This document shows positions 12,163 through 23,107 of a stretch of DNA of 32,683 nucleotides, in pieces. The notes under the pieces are model-generated. The model saw nothing but the letters and a program-made list of their open reading frames with translations. It did no database searches and was not told where the DNA came from. The first letter of the stretch is position 1. Each line of letters begins with the position of its first letter. This DNA is from a bacterium (GTDB lineage: Bacteria > SAR324 > NAC60-12). Both the position numbers and the translations under genes were made by a program. The DNA lies in contig CBDDTI010000389.1 in assembly GCA_965233585.1 (NCBI GenBank), positions 1 to 32,683 on the forward strand, written 5' to 3'.

Positions 12163-12858
12163 ATGGACGGAGGAGATTTGCGCACGATTCACCGAGGCGG
12201 TGACCTCAAAACCATCAGCCGTCAACATGGTGGATTTCTTGGATTGCTGAAAATGTTGGGATTGGGGGAAGTGCAAAAAGAAATGTCTGATCCGATTTCA
12301 AAGCAACATGTCATGCAACGCGGTGGATTCCCTTGGGCACTGACCGGATTGAGCTTGCTTCCAGCTCTTTTGGGTAAAGGTGATGATACCATTCGTTCCC
12401 AAATGTCAATATCACGGGACCCTGTCATGCTTCGAGGAGGTCTGTCAGTTTTACCAGCACTTACAAAAAGTCTCCCGTTAGTAAAGGACATTGCTGCTCC
12501 TCTCGCTTTGGGGGCACTTGCGAGTTTGGGTGACAACGTTGTTGACAAGATTTTTGGAGAAGGTATGAAACGGCCGAAGAAAACAAAGGTTAGGCGAACT
12601 AAGAAGCTTCGCAAGCGGAGATCACCTCGCCGAAACGTTAGGAAGTTGTTAAAACAGAAGGGGAAGGCATTTGCAAGTAAAAATCTCCGTAAAGTAGGTA
12701 GACGTTTGTTCGACGAAGTGAAACGATCGAGAAAGAAATCTATTCCGAGAAAGAGACTCGAATCCATCACGCCAAGTCCCTTCACGCAGAGGTTGAAAGA
12801 TAGCATCGAGCGTGCCACCCCTTCATCATCACATATCGGCCCTTCATTCAATATATGA
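12163..12858 (+). CDS. Adenovirus pX/pVII-like core protein precursor with multiple adenain-type cleavage sites and a basic C-terminus
   Basis: HRGG, QHGGFLGLL, QRGGFPWAL, LLGKG, LRGGL, IFGEG, then a K/R-rich tract. Confidence 0.7.
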   Translation: MDGGDLRTIHRGGDLKTISRQHGGFLGLLKMLGLGEVQKEMSDPISKQHVMQRGGFPWALTGLSLLPALLGKGDDTIRSQMSISRDPVMLRGGLSVLPALTKSLPLVKDIAAPLALGALASLGDNVVDKIFGEGMKRPKKTKVRRTKKLRKRRSPRRNVRKLLKQKGKAFASKNLRKVGRRLFDEVKRSRKKSIPRKRLESITPSPFTQRLKDSIERATPSSSHIGPSFNI

Positions 12859-13559
12859 AAATGGACTTTTACAGTTTCTTTTCGGGTGAAACTCCTACAA
12901 GCAAACCTGAATTTCACATTCCAGGTTTAGAATTGAAGCTAAAGCCGAATTTCAATGAATTAATCCCCTCCTTAAGAGGATGGGGACAGAACGTGCTATT
13001 GTTGGGCCAAAGCAATGCTGGTAAATCTTACTTTATGAAAAAGCTTTTGTAAGTGATGAGACCGAAACGATTGTATGTAATCTCCAATACAAGCGCCGAA
13101 CAATATCGACAGGAAGGAACGTTGCTCAAGCATTACAGCGTCATGCCAGAATCCTTTGACGATACGAATATCGAGCCGGAATCTTACGTGATTATTGATG
13201 ACATTAGAGTTTTAGCGCTGAAATGCGGGAGTCAAAGAGAATGTCTTTACAAGTTCTTTACCATGTATAGTCATCATTCAAAATTAAATGTTTTTTTTCT
13301 GTCTCAGAGTTTTGATAACATCAAAGACATGAAGATCAACTGTAATTTTCTTTACTTGTTTCGTTTCACTGATAAGACTAATATCAGGCGATACATTAAC
13401 ACACTGTTTGGTGGAAAGTCGATAAAGGCGAATTTGATATTTAAATTATACGAAAAACTATTGGAAAAATGTCAAAGACCAATCTTGGCTATCGATTGTT
13501 CGAGAAATTTGTATTTTACTTATTGTAATGAAAAATCCTTCAAAGTAGAGTTTGAATAA
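12855..13559 (+). pseudogene. FtsK/A32-like genome packaging ATPase split by one in-frame TAA (13050-13052)
   Basis: Walker A LLGQSNAGKS, Walker B YVIIDD, SHH and FFLSQ motifs all in one frame; ATGA overlap with the upstream stop; AATAAA at 13555-13560. Confidence 0.85.
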
Positions 13560-13606
13560 ATTCAAAACCGGTGTGTGTGTGAATGATGTTTAGAGGGTCA
13601 CGACTA

Positions 13607-13693
13607 CACGAAAAACTGCACGAAAAACTGCAGGAAAAACTGCACAAAAAACTGCACGAAAAACTGCAGGAAAAACTGCACAAAAAACTGCAG
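13607..13693. repeat. 12-bp tandem repeat CA(CG/GG/CA)AAAAACTG x7 with 36-bp higher-order structure
   Basis: Direct reading. Confidence 0.95.
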
Positions 13694-13748
13694 AATTTTA
13701 CACACTTTTTACACAAATTTACAGAAAATAATTCTCCTAAAATTAAAA

Positions 13749-14825
13749 ATGGAACATAATATTATCAGAGTTTTGTTTCGAGGGTCTCTGCCTTTCCGGT
13801 TGGAAAAAGCAGATGATCGCTCTTCCTATTTTTCTATTCCGAAATCTCACCGATTAAAAACCGTTCAGTTTATGAACAGTCAACCGCAACATATTTTAAG
13901 AAAGGGGAAAAAGTCTTGGGAAGTTATCGGTACGCTTCCGTTGAAAATGAAAGGAGGACGACAAAATAATTATCGCTCGTTTTTGAGCGGGATGAAAAAA
14001 GTCTTGTCTAACATTCCAGACCCTGAATTGAGCAATCTACCTTTGGTTGAGTTGCAAAAAATTCCTCACATTAAAAGACTCTACGAACGCTATTTCAAGC
14101 ACAACCCTGAATTAATCAATGAAAGGACTTTGACCGATCTTGTAGCATCCTCGATTTTAGGGTATGATAACAATACCGGTGCCGTTCGTGAATCAATTGC
14201 TGATGTGAGAAAAAGAAGTCGCCTTCCGAAAACATCTACGACTGCACCGTCTTTGCAAACCACGAAAGAACACGAATTTGACAGGATGCTCTTACTCATT
14301 TTTCACCGCTTTCTGTCGGAAAAAGGACTACCCGAACTATTTTTGAAAAGTTCCTATTTCCTGTTGAGACCACAATTGTTACAGCTCTTTAATGAAAACC
14401 CATCGATCGACTTTCGCGTGCGCGTTGAACAAGGAGTGGGCAATATTGAAACGGAAATCTGGCGCGATTACAAAACGCTTGTCAACGAAACTAACCGAAT
14501 GTTTTTAGCACGCTATCCTTTCGACAGCATGGCTGTCTCGGTTTTGCCTTCGACTGCAGATTTTTCATCAGCAGGTGATAAGCTTCGACACATCAAACAC
14601 CATAGTCTGACTGTTCCAGGAGCTAATCAAAAGTTTACAGACTTGCAAGACTTGACCAACATTTACACTCAAACGAATGAAGCAAAGCTTATCTCAGCCC
14701 ATCATTTCGCACATGGTTTACAAGACAAAATGACGAATGACAGTAATTTTGTACAAAGTATCTTGAAAAATCGAAGCAGATCATTTCAAAAGCTCCTCAA
14801 TATTCTACAAGGAAAATCTCTCTAA
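13749..14825 (+). CDS. Hypothetical Polinton protein (358 aa) with one MKGG adenain-type motif
   Basis: Long intact ORF ending 7 bp before the next ATG; no recognisable domain. Confidence 0.7.
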   Translation: MEHNIIRVLFRGSLPFRLEKADDRSSYFSIPKSHRLKTVQFMNSQPQHILRKGKKSWEVIGTLPLKMKGGRQNNYRSFLSGMKKVLSNIPDPELSNLPLVELQKIPHIKRLYERYFKHNPELINERTLTDLVASSILGYDNNTGAVRESIADVRKRSRLPKTSTTAPSLQTTKEHEFDRMLLLIFHRFLSEKGLPELFLKSSYFLLRPQLLQLFNENPSIDFRVRVEQGVGNIETEIWRDYKTLVNETNRMFLARYPFDSMAVSVLPSTADFSSAGDKLRHIKHHSLTVPGANQKFTDLQDLTNIYTQTNEAKLISAHHFAHGLQDKMTNDSNFVQSILKNRSRSFQKLLNILQGKSL

Positions 14826-14832
14826 GGTAAAT

Positions 14833-16242
14833 ATGGACGTTCCGCTCACCAATTTGGACATTGAACGTGCACTGAAAACGACTAAAGGATATAGAGGAGT
14901 GTTTAGCTATGATCTCCTACCGAAAGTTAACCATGGAGAATTCGCGATTGTCAATACTGACAATGTATTACCGTTGTTCGACAAGCGAGAAAATGGACAC
15001 CATTGGCTGGCAGTTTGCCGTGAACATGATAACGCTCTTGTGTTTGATAGTTTTGGTCGTTCTCTTTCTCAAATGGAGATCAGTTACAGCGAGCCGAAAT
15101 TTCAGCAATACATTTTAAACGCTTTGCCGGGATGCGCGGTGTTTACAAATACGCAAGCAATACAAAACCATGCAACTGCTGTTTGTGGATGGTATGCAAT
15201 TCTGGTAGGAAAACTGTTCTCCATGTACAAATCCATCGACCATGTTCTCGATTATCTATCGATAACTTTTTCAAACGATACGTTGGCGAATGATCGACTC
15301 GTTTTGACTGGTGGACAATGGACGGACAAACTCGCTGACGAATTGCATCGACCCAAGAGAAAGCATTTTCCGAGAAGACAAGTCAAATCAAACGGAATAG
15401 ACGAAATCTGGTCTGGAGACCTCGTTGAACTTCGTGCGTTTTCAAGACACAATCGTGGTTACAAATATTTGTTGACTGTCATTGATATTTTTTCAAGATA
15501 CGCCTGGGTCATACCACTAAAAACCAAGACCGGCAAAGAGATCACGGCAGCTTTCTCGTCAATTCTGAAAAAGTCTAAACGGATACCCAAAAAGCTGTGG
15601 GTCGACAGAGGCGGGGAATTTTACAACAAGATTTTCAAAAACTATCTGAAGCAGCAAGGAATTGATATGTATAGCACACACAATGAAGGAAAAGCAGTTG
15701 TGGTGGAACGCTTTAATAAGACTATGAAAACGTGGATGTTCAAATATTTCAGTGCAAACTCAACTCGAAATTACTTGAAAATCCTACCAGCTCTCGTGCA
15801 CCGCTACAACAATAGGAGACACCGCACCATCAAGATGACACCGCATGAAGCATCGCAGAAAAAGAACGAGGAGAGAGTGAAACGCAACATCGAAAAACCA
15901 ATGAAAGCTAAACCAGCTAAATTCAAACTCGGTGACACTGTTCGTGTATCGAAACTGAAAAATATTTTCGCTAAAGGCTACACTCCTAATTGGACCGAGG
16001 AAGTGTTTGAAATCGATCAAATTCTACCAACGAACCCAATCACCTACAAGTTAAGAGATCTCATGGAAGAAGAAATTGAAGGATCGTGGTACGAGGAACA
16101 ATTGCAGAAAACTGACCAAGACAGATTTAGAGTCGAGAAAGTTTTACGCAAGAAGAATGGGAATGCACTCGTCAAATGGTCTGGCTACCCACCCAAGTTT
16201 AATTCTTGGATACCGCTGACTGATTTAGAAAGAATTTCATAA
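14833..16242 (+). CDS. Adenain-like cysteine protease fused to retroviral-like (rve) DDE integrase with C-terminal chromodomain
   Basis: Protease H57 (GHHW), D72 (FDSFG), Q111, C118 (VCGWY); linker LTGG (158-161); integrase D196, D258 (WVDRGGEF), E292 (VERFN), KGYTPNW; chromodomain VEKVL...LVKWSGYPPKFNSWIP. Confidence 0.92.
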   Translation: MDVPLTNLDIERALKTTKGYRGVFSYDLLPKVNHGEFAIVNTDNVLPLFDKRENGHHWLAVCREHDNALVFDSFGRSLSQMEISYSEPKFQQYILNALPGCAVFTNTQAIQNHATAVCGWYAILVGKLFSMYKSIDHVLDYLSITFSNDTLANDRLVLTGGQWTDKLADELHRPKRKHFPRRQVKSNGIDEIWSGDLVELRAFSRHNRGYKYLLTVIDIFSRYAWVIPLKTKTGKEITAAFSSILKKSKRIPKKLWVDRGGEFYNKIFKNYLKQQGIDMYSTHNEGKAVVVERFNKTMKTWMFKYFSANSTRNYLKILPALVHRYNNRRHRTIKMTPHEASQKKNEERVKRNIEKPMKAKPAKFKLGDTVRVSKLKNIFAKGYTPNWTEEVFEIDQILPTNPITYKLRDLMEEEIEGSWYEEQLQKTDQDRFRVEKVLRKKNGNALVKWSGYPPKFNSWIPLTDLERIS

Positions 16243-16729
16243 CTTACATGCAAGTAAACAGACAGTTTCTAGATTTCAATGTATGATTCTGACGAGGAGA
16301 GAGATAAGGTTATAACACAATAGAAAATAGAGATTGTGTGTCGTATGATGTGTCAAAGATATATAAAACAACTGAAGAATGGATGTGTGTGTAAAGAATG
16401 GATGGGTATGTGCAAAAATTAAGTGTAAAACGTAATGGCTATGTACAAAACCAAATATAGAATGGATAACTATGTACAGAATGAACGTGTGTGTGTGTGT
16501 GTTTGCGTCATTTGTTTGTTTTCTGATTTCTTTTTCCTTATTTCTGGTTTCTGAATTCGTTGTTGTCCAATTATATGTTTTCCGTTTGTACAATCTAGAT
16601 TTTCAGAAATGAAAATCCTGTTGGTTTATTTCTATAAACTAAAATCTAAAATGCTCTCAGAGATAGTACCGATTTCTGATTTCTGATTTCCGAAATCGGA
16701 TTGGCCGCAAATCTAGCTGATCGGCTATA

Positions 16730-17007
16730 CAGCTGTTTCGACAAAGGTTGTCCCACAAAAGCGTTACAGCGTACGCCACAATGCCGAATGGTCTTATGGG
16801 TACAAAGAGTTTGGCGTTGATTGATTGAGGTTTACGATGTTTACCAACAAGAAAAGAGAAGGCATAAATAGATTTGTTTGTGATGCTTCCCTCTATGTCG
16901 CTAAAACACCTAAAGCCTCAATCAAATACCATAAACCCCCTTTACCCATAATACCTTGCGGCATTGTCGCGTACGGTTTTGTTGGACAACCTTTCTCGAA
17001 ACAGCTG
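16730..17007. mobile_element. Tc1/mariner-type MITE
   Basis: TIRs cagctgtttcga.aaaggttgtcc.acaaaa at both ends, flanked by TA(TA). Confidence 0.85.
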
Positions 17008-17097
17008 TATATACTGAAGCAAAGTGTCTTAGCTTCAGTGTATTCCCCTAAGAAGGTTAGTCCTGTCTAGCCGAAATATTGCAATTGGGCATTGATT

Positions 17098-17180
17098 TGG
17101 CCAAACGGAGTCGCAAGTAGACCCAAATTGAAAACTTGGGTCCACTTGCAACTACTTGCCGGTCGGTTTGACCAGGGCTT
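17098..17180. repeat. Short palindromic MITE remnant
   Basis: tggccaaacggagtcgcaagtagacccaa vs ttgggtccacttgcaact...cggtttgacca. Confidence 0.55.
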
Positions 17181-17223
17181 TAAGCTACATTTCATCCATA
17201 CTAAACACATACTAAACACATGT

Positions 17224-17335
17224 AGGCAGAGTACATAGGGCTTTTAGTCCTATTTTCTGCACGACGACTATGTCATGCTGATGAGGCCTCGTGTGATACT
17301 GGCTAGACCGTGGGTTGATGCTCGAGTGTGACATC
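17224..17335 (+). repeat. Truncated copy of the hammerhead-bearing repeat (keeps CTGATGA, lacks the GAAAC half)
   Basis: 17224-17288 is a near reverse complement of 18569-18631. Confidence 0.75.
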
Positions 17336-17985
17336 TTTTATATCAACAATATTTTTCCGTGAAACGAGAAATAAATGTTTAATTCGCCGTGAACCGTGAT
17401 TTTCATTATGTCTTTGTTACTTACATTGCGTGACCGTGACGTCATGGTTGATCCCTGTTATGCTGCGACAACGTGGTTGGTCTGGTTTTCGGTGACCTTT
17501 GGAAGGCCATCATTTTCATCCTCTGTTTCGTCTATTTCGACCATAATGGCGGAAGCGCATCAAGTGCGTCAGACAAGAAACCACCAAGTATAAGGCTGGT
17601 ACACTTCCTCTGAACATGTATCAGACTGCTGTCCACCGGGGAGAATGGAAGTTTGCACCAGTTGAAAGAGTAGAACAACCTGAAGTTTAAAAGGAAGAGG
17701 GAAGAGATGGCACGTCTACATCGAGGGACCCAGGAGGACGGGGGTGAATAGGTTTTCGGATCGACGGATTTGGCCTTAAAAAGCGCACGAATTGTGGATT
17801 TGTGCGATAAATCACGCGGATTCGCGAATTTTGAAAACACAGTGGATCGTGGATCAGTTGTAATTTTTGACGCGGATTGTGCCTCTTAAACGAAATTTGG
17901 ATCACAAATCTTTCTTCAGCCTTGATCGGTATGTTAATGAGTTCATCCAAATTATTTCTTTTTTCGAAAGAAGTTCATTTAAACT

Positions 17986-18326
17986 CAAATGGTGGAAGAG
18001 AGAATTAACTCTGAAGTGTAAATTAAAGTGCTATGTGAAGCCCATGAAAAACCCACTGGGCGTTAGCCCTAGTAGAGAGAATCAGGGAACCACACGAGGT
18101 AAAGAAAAAATTCTTTTGACCTCAGTGGGAGTGGCAGAGTAACGGTAGATCTAATCTGGAGGTCGTGGGTTCGATTCCCACCAAGGTCAAAAAAATTTTT
18201 TCTTTACCTCGTGTGGTTCCCTGATTCCCATTACTAGGGCTAACGCCCAGTGGGTCTTTCATGGGCTTCACATAGTCGTAGCACTTTAATTTACACTTCA
18301 GAGTTAATTCTCTGTTCTACCATTTG
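17986..18326. repeat. Inverted pair of tRNA-derived SINE segments forming a long palindrome
   Basis: Arms ~17986-18130 and ~18176-18326 are reverse complements; B-box GGTTCGATTCC at the centre. Confidence 0.8.
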
Positions 18327-18540
18327 TGTTCATAGTGCTACGCGGCACAATATTCATATGTACCCTCATTTAAACTCAGGTGTGAGACTGTTATTGGAAT
18401 TGTATCGTGTTGTTGTCATCAAGCATGTAGCCTTCGTTACTATTTGGATGAAATTAACAATGCCATTCACATGTAACAACGACAAAAGCAAGTGACAGTA
18501 CCTTACACATGCGCACAGCCATATCACCTGGGCAGTGGCA

Positions 18541-18585
18541 GCCATGGACAACTGTTTCGGCCTTGATAGGCCTCATCAGCATGGC
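18541..18585 (-). ncRNA. Minimal type I hammerhead ribozyme in a retrozyme/Penelope-like repeat
   Basis: Minus strand reads GCCAUG CUGAUGA GGCCU-AUCA-AGGCC GAAAC AGUU GUC CAUGGC: stem I, full catalytic core, stem II, minimal stem III, GUC cleavage triplet. Confidence 0.85.
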
Positions 18586-18899
18586 ATAGCCGTCAGGCAG
18601 AAATAGGACTAAAAGCCCTATGAAGTCTGCCCTTTACTGCCCTCCAGGAGACGATCACCCCCTCCAAGAGACGATCAGCTCTTCGAATATGATGACGACT
18701 CCGAAAACGACTCTGATGGTTTTGTAGTGGAGGAAGATGGTGCCATTCGTCATATGCAGAGCGAGGAACTCGGTTTCCTCTTAGCATCGCGCAGAACACG
18801 AAGTGGACGGAAAGTGACAAGAACTAGGAAGGTTTTGCTTTGGACGTAATTTTTCAAAATGTAACGGTATATAACTTTTGGTTAAAGAAAAACGTTTTT

Positions 18900-19005
18900 A
18901 TTTTTTTCCGTGAAGCGTGGAATGCCTATTTTATTTTTCGTGAATCGTGAAAGGACCATTTTATTTTCCGTGAAACGTGATCTAGATCCCCCATTTACCA
19001 CCCTC
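18900..19005. repeat. DNA-transposon end with CCGTGAAACGTGA subterminal repeats; related motifs at ~17355-17450
   Basis: Repeated ttttccgtga(a/c) motifs in both regions. Confidence 0.55.
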
Positions 19006-20761
19006 AATACATAGTTTTACATGACGATCGAACAAAACATACACAAAGGAATAAAAGTCAACCGAAACGGTTGGACAAGGAAATAAATGATTGAACGTAC
19101 TGAACAAAACGTAACATTAGTGTCAAAATCATCGCGAGAAATACCATTTAAGAACCAATCAATTTTTTTTCTTATCGGAAGCACAATGCCATTCATTTCC
19201 GAGTATTTAACGCTTCGATAAAAAATTATCGGAAACATTTTCCGTGTATTATGTTTCAACAGCTTTTGGCAAATAAACATCACCGGTTGCGTGAATCAAT
19301 GTCTGGCCGAATGGAAGTTTGGGTTTGGTCACCGACAAAACTAAAAATAATAGTAAAAAAATTAATAAAACAAATAAACTCATACAGAACAAGAACCGCG
19401 CCCAGCGCGGTTGAAAAATCAACAAGTGCGCTCAGCCCATGGCCTCGCGGTTAAAAAGATCTAGAACGAGACCGATACATTTGCCCAGCAACCATTATGT
19501 GCTTATTCCGCTCGAACATTCACTCTGCTCTCGCGTAATTTTAAACGCTCGTAGAATAAAACACGATATCAGGTTTTAATCTGGTCCCACGGGTCTGGTT
19601 GTCCAAACTGGCCGTAATCCATGATTGTCAATTTAAAAAATAACAATAATGTTACGTGGTGCGTAATAATTCGTTGTTGTGACTAAAGATGACAAAGAGA
19701 TCAATCGTGTCTCCACGTGGTCTGTCAGAATGGATTTATTAGATTTCAAGGTTTATTTCAAGATTTTTTTGACATCAACTTGATGGGGGCATGCAAACCA
19801 TACTTAACTTCTGGGTTTGTTGTTATTTCGTTTAATATTTCATCACGTTAATGCCTTATACGTGGCACTTACTGAAAGCTGCCAGCAAAGCAAATAGATA
19901 AGACCAGGAACTTTGAGAAAGATAAGAACTGATGAAAATTCAAAAGCAAATAAAATTTTCAGAAGCAAAGGAAAAGTTTACAGAGCCAGGATCCCGACGG
20001 AGCGAAGATTGCATGGTATCAAAATGGCTTCCTGAGTGATGTACTAAAAATAAAATCGTGCAATTTGAGCTAATTTGATTCCGGCCGGCTGTTGGCTGAA
20101 TGTGAATGGATCTTCAGGCCTGATCGATCGATAATCTTTGAACCAAAATCCACAAATTACTGATCCAGCATTAAATTGGTTGAAAAAGAGGCGACAAGAA
20201 CAGGTATAACGATATCTTTGTTCGCTGTTGTGCCCGGAGTGAAAAAGGCATACTAAGATGATTTCTAGCCTCACTTCCGGTTTCTCGCACTGCTTCTGCT
20301 CACTTGGTAGGTCAGAAGACAGAAAGTGTCTGACCCATCCATTCTATATTTCATTCATTTGGGAACTAAAAGATTTTTCCAAATAGAATCAACGATGTGA
20401 TGATGTACAATTTTTGCAAAACTTTTTTTTTAGTGTTTTAAGTGCCATTGTTATTTGAGATGAACACATGATGGCATTTTGTGGACGTGAGGTTCAAGCT
20501 CTTATAACTTCCGTTTTGCCTAAATGGAGCTTTCCAGTTCCCTGTTATGCTATAGGTCTTGTTTACTCTCCTCTTGCTAAACCTTATTCTGTTCGGAAAA
20601 GAAACTGATTGTGTTTTTCATGGACTTTGCATTTAAAACTGTTTGTTCAGCCATTTTCACTGTAGACAATAGGTCGCGAAGAGGTTAAGCCATACCCCCT
20701 GCAGTGCCTCGGTCTCACTCATCAGTGTTGTGATTGTCGTTGGATCTCTCTCGCACTCGAG

Positions 20762-21019
20762 ATGGCGGCGTCTCCGAGATGGAGTTGTTTTCTTTTCCTT
20801 GTTGCTTTATTACCAACGTTTGGTGGCTGCATTCGCCCATTTGCAGTTCCAAAGAATCTTTTCGTGCACGGCACCTCTCTGAATACCCTGCCAGAGGGAG
20901 TTCGTGTAATTCGGCGGGAAGCTCACGATGAAGTTGATCTGGAAACTCCACAAGAATTCCTTGAAGACCTTCACGGGCGTTTTCGTCGTGATGCAAGCCC
21001 CAAACCAGAGGTTTTTCTT
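20762..21019 (+). CDS. SORL1: SORL1-like receptor exon 1 (signal peptide, propeptide, furin-type site RFRR)
   Basis: MAASPRWSCFLFLVALL..., HGRFRRD; donor GTGAGT at 21020, phase 0. Confidence 0.8.
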
Positions 21020-21195
21020 GTGAGTTTTGAGTCAAAGTTTGTAATTCGTTCTGAGTTGTAATAAGTTACGTCTTTTATAAGCTTACAGGGTGATAAGTAG
21101 AGGTTGTTGAATGATGAAAAACTACGTAGCATGCATATTTAACCTCCACTGATCTTTTGTGTATTATTATTATTATTATTTTTATTTCCTTTCAG

Positions 21196-21423
21196 TTCTC
21201 TCTTGGATACTACGACACATATTTTATGTACTGGCCTCGGAATGATTTCAGCGAAAACTATGTGTTCTTGCTAGGAAAAAACACTACACGCATTAAGTCT
21301 AGCAATGTTTTCGTGTCGACAAACTACGGAAAGAGTTTTACAAGCCTGAACTTAACAAGTTCGAGCGCTCCATCCACCACATTGATTGACCAGATATACT
21401 ACGGAAAAGCTGATCCTAAACTG
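21196..21423 (+). CDS. SORL1: SORL1-like exon 2 (VPS10 domain, BNR/Asp-box)
   Basis: tttcag acceptor; VFVSTNYGKSF; donor GTAAGG. Confidence 0.85.
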
Positions 21424-23107
21424 GTAAGGCAAATTATTGTTCGTGCTGCTTTAATATCTTGTGTTTTGTTCTTGGTATGATAGCGTTGTTACATAACTTG
21501 TTGTGGTCGGCCCACGTGTACGCTTTTACTAGAACTTCTCTGACAATGGAAGAAGCTTCAGCGCGCTCGCTGGTTTTGCTTGTCCTTCTGCTATTAGCTA
21601 GTTAACGACACTTTTCATTCATTACAACGTAGAATCTGTCTGTTTATCAAGTCGAGTGTATATGTCGAGGTCGGTCGAGGAATGGTTAAATTCAAGTAGA
21701 AGGTCGAATATAAGAGTAAGTGCCGAATATACACACGGTGATAAGACATCGAACATAACTTACGTTGCGAAAAATTTAATTTTTACTAGGCGTCAAAACT
21801 TTTTTAAATTCAGCCTCGTGCTGTGTGTGATGATAAGCTTAATCGTTGATCGTGATGTAGAACTGTTTTAGTAATTGATTTATGCGTATTTATTTCGTCA
21901 CCAAATTGCTATATAGTTTTGTACAACGGACGCGTAGAAGTTGTTGGCACGATAAACAACTCAAGCGTTGTACTCTGCCTCAGAAAAGGAAAGCATATCA
22001 AAGTACTTTCTGTTTGTGGTGATTTTTGAAGGCGTAGGCGTCTGAATACACCACAATTATTCCTTTTAATTGGTATTCCTAGGCAATTACATCTCGTGAC
22101 TTGGGAAGTGTGTATCGATTGGCCAAAATAGAAGTACAAAGTGAAAGCCATTTTGGCAAGATTTCCGTATAACCCCATACATTTATAATGCATACAGTTC
22201 TTTGTTTAACTAAACAATAGCCAAGACAATGGAACTCCTGTGAGACTTTATCCACTTTGAATAACTTGAAATTTTGCCCTTTTTTACGTGTCGCATACTT
22301 TTACAGATCTAAAAAATATCCATTGACCATATTTTTAAATTGAGGGCAGGCTTGAAACTGCTTAAAATAATGGCAATTTTGGCATATGCACTTGTTTTAA
22401 AATGCGTAGAAAAAGTGATTTAGGCCACAGCAAAGGCTGCTTGTGCTAAGCTTTGAAATGTTGCTCAGGTTAGCGACTTACTATACTTATTGCACTAATT
22501 TAAAGAAATTGTCAATGATGTATTCAGACGCCAACGCCTTCAAAAATGGTACTGCGATGATCATTCTTCACTTTCATCTTCAACTGCAGTGCAAATATGA
22601 ATTATTTCATATAGGGGAATCCTTGTTTACACTATTTGCCTCATTAACATAGGCATTTCAGTTTCTGATGGGGCTACAAATAAATCAGTTCTGAATATTG
22701 AAAGGCCATATTTAGTATGATCAACTCTGTCAATGAATATGAGCCTGATGGATTGAGTACTTTTTGCGCAATGCGGGTTTAAAAACTTAAAATTTTACAA
22801 AGAATGTATGAGCTCATTAGCGCTTTAGCCACCCAGAAATTTTGCAGTTTTTGAAAGACAATTTCTCCTTCAATATTATGCACAAAGAACAAAGAATTTC
22901 AGAATGTATAAAGTTTTACTAGCTCTTAAGCTGCCTGGAGTCAATTCATATCAAACATGTTTATTTCTGTAAGCAAAGCCGGATGCAAATGAGCAAAAAT
23001 ATAAACAATGACATCAGCATGAATCCCCCTATATACTTCACATTATTAAATTTTCACTGCTCATGTGAAGATATGAATTCAATAAACTGACCTCACTCCC
23101 AATGTGT

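Noticed and set aside
12222..12917. 231-aa minus-strand ORF
   Set aside because: Antisense shadow of the pX-like gene with no motifs
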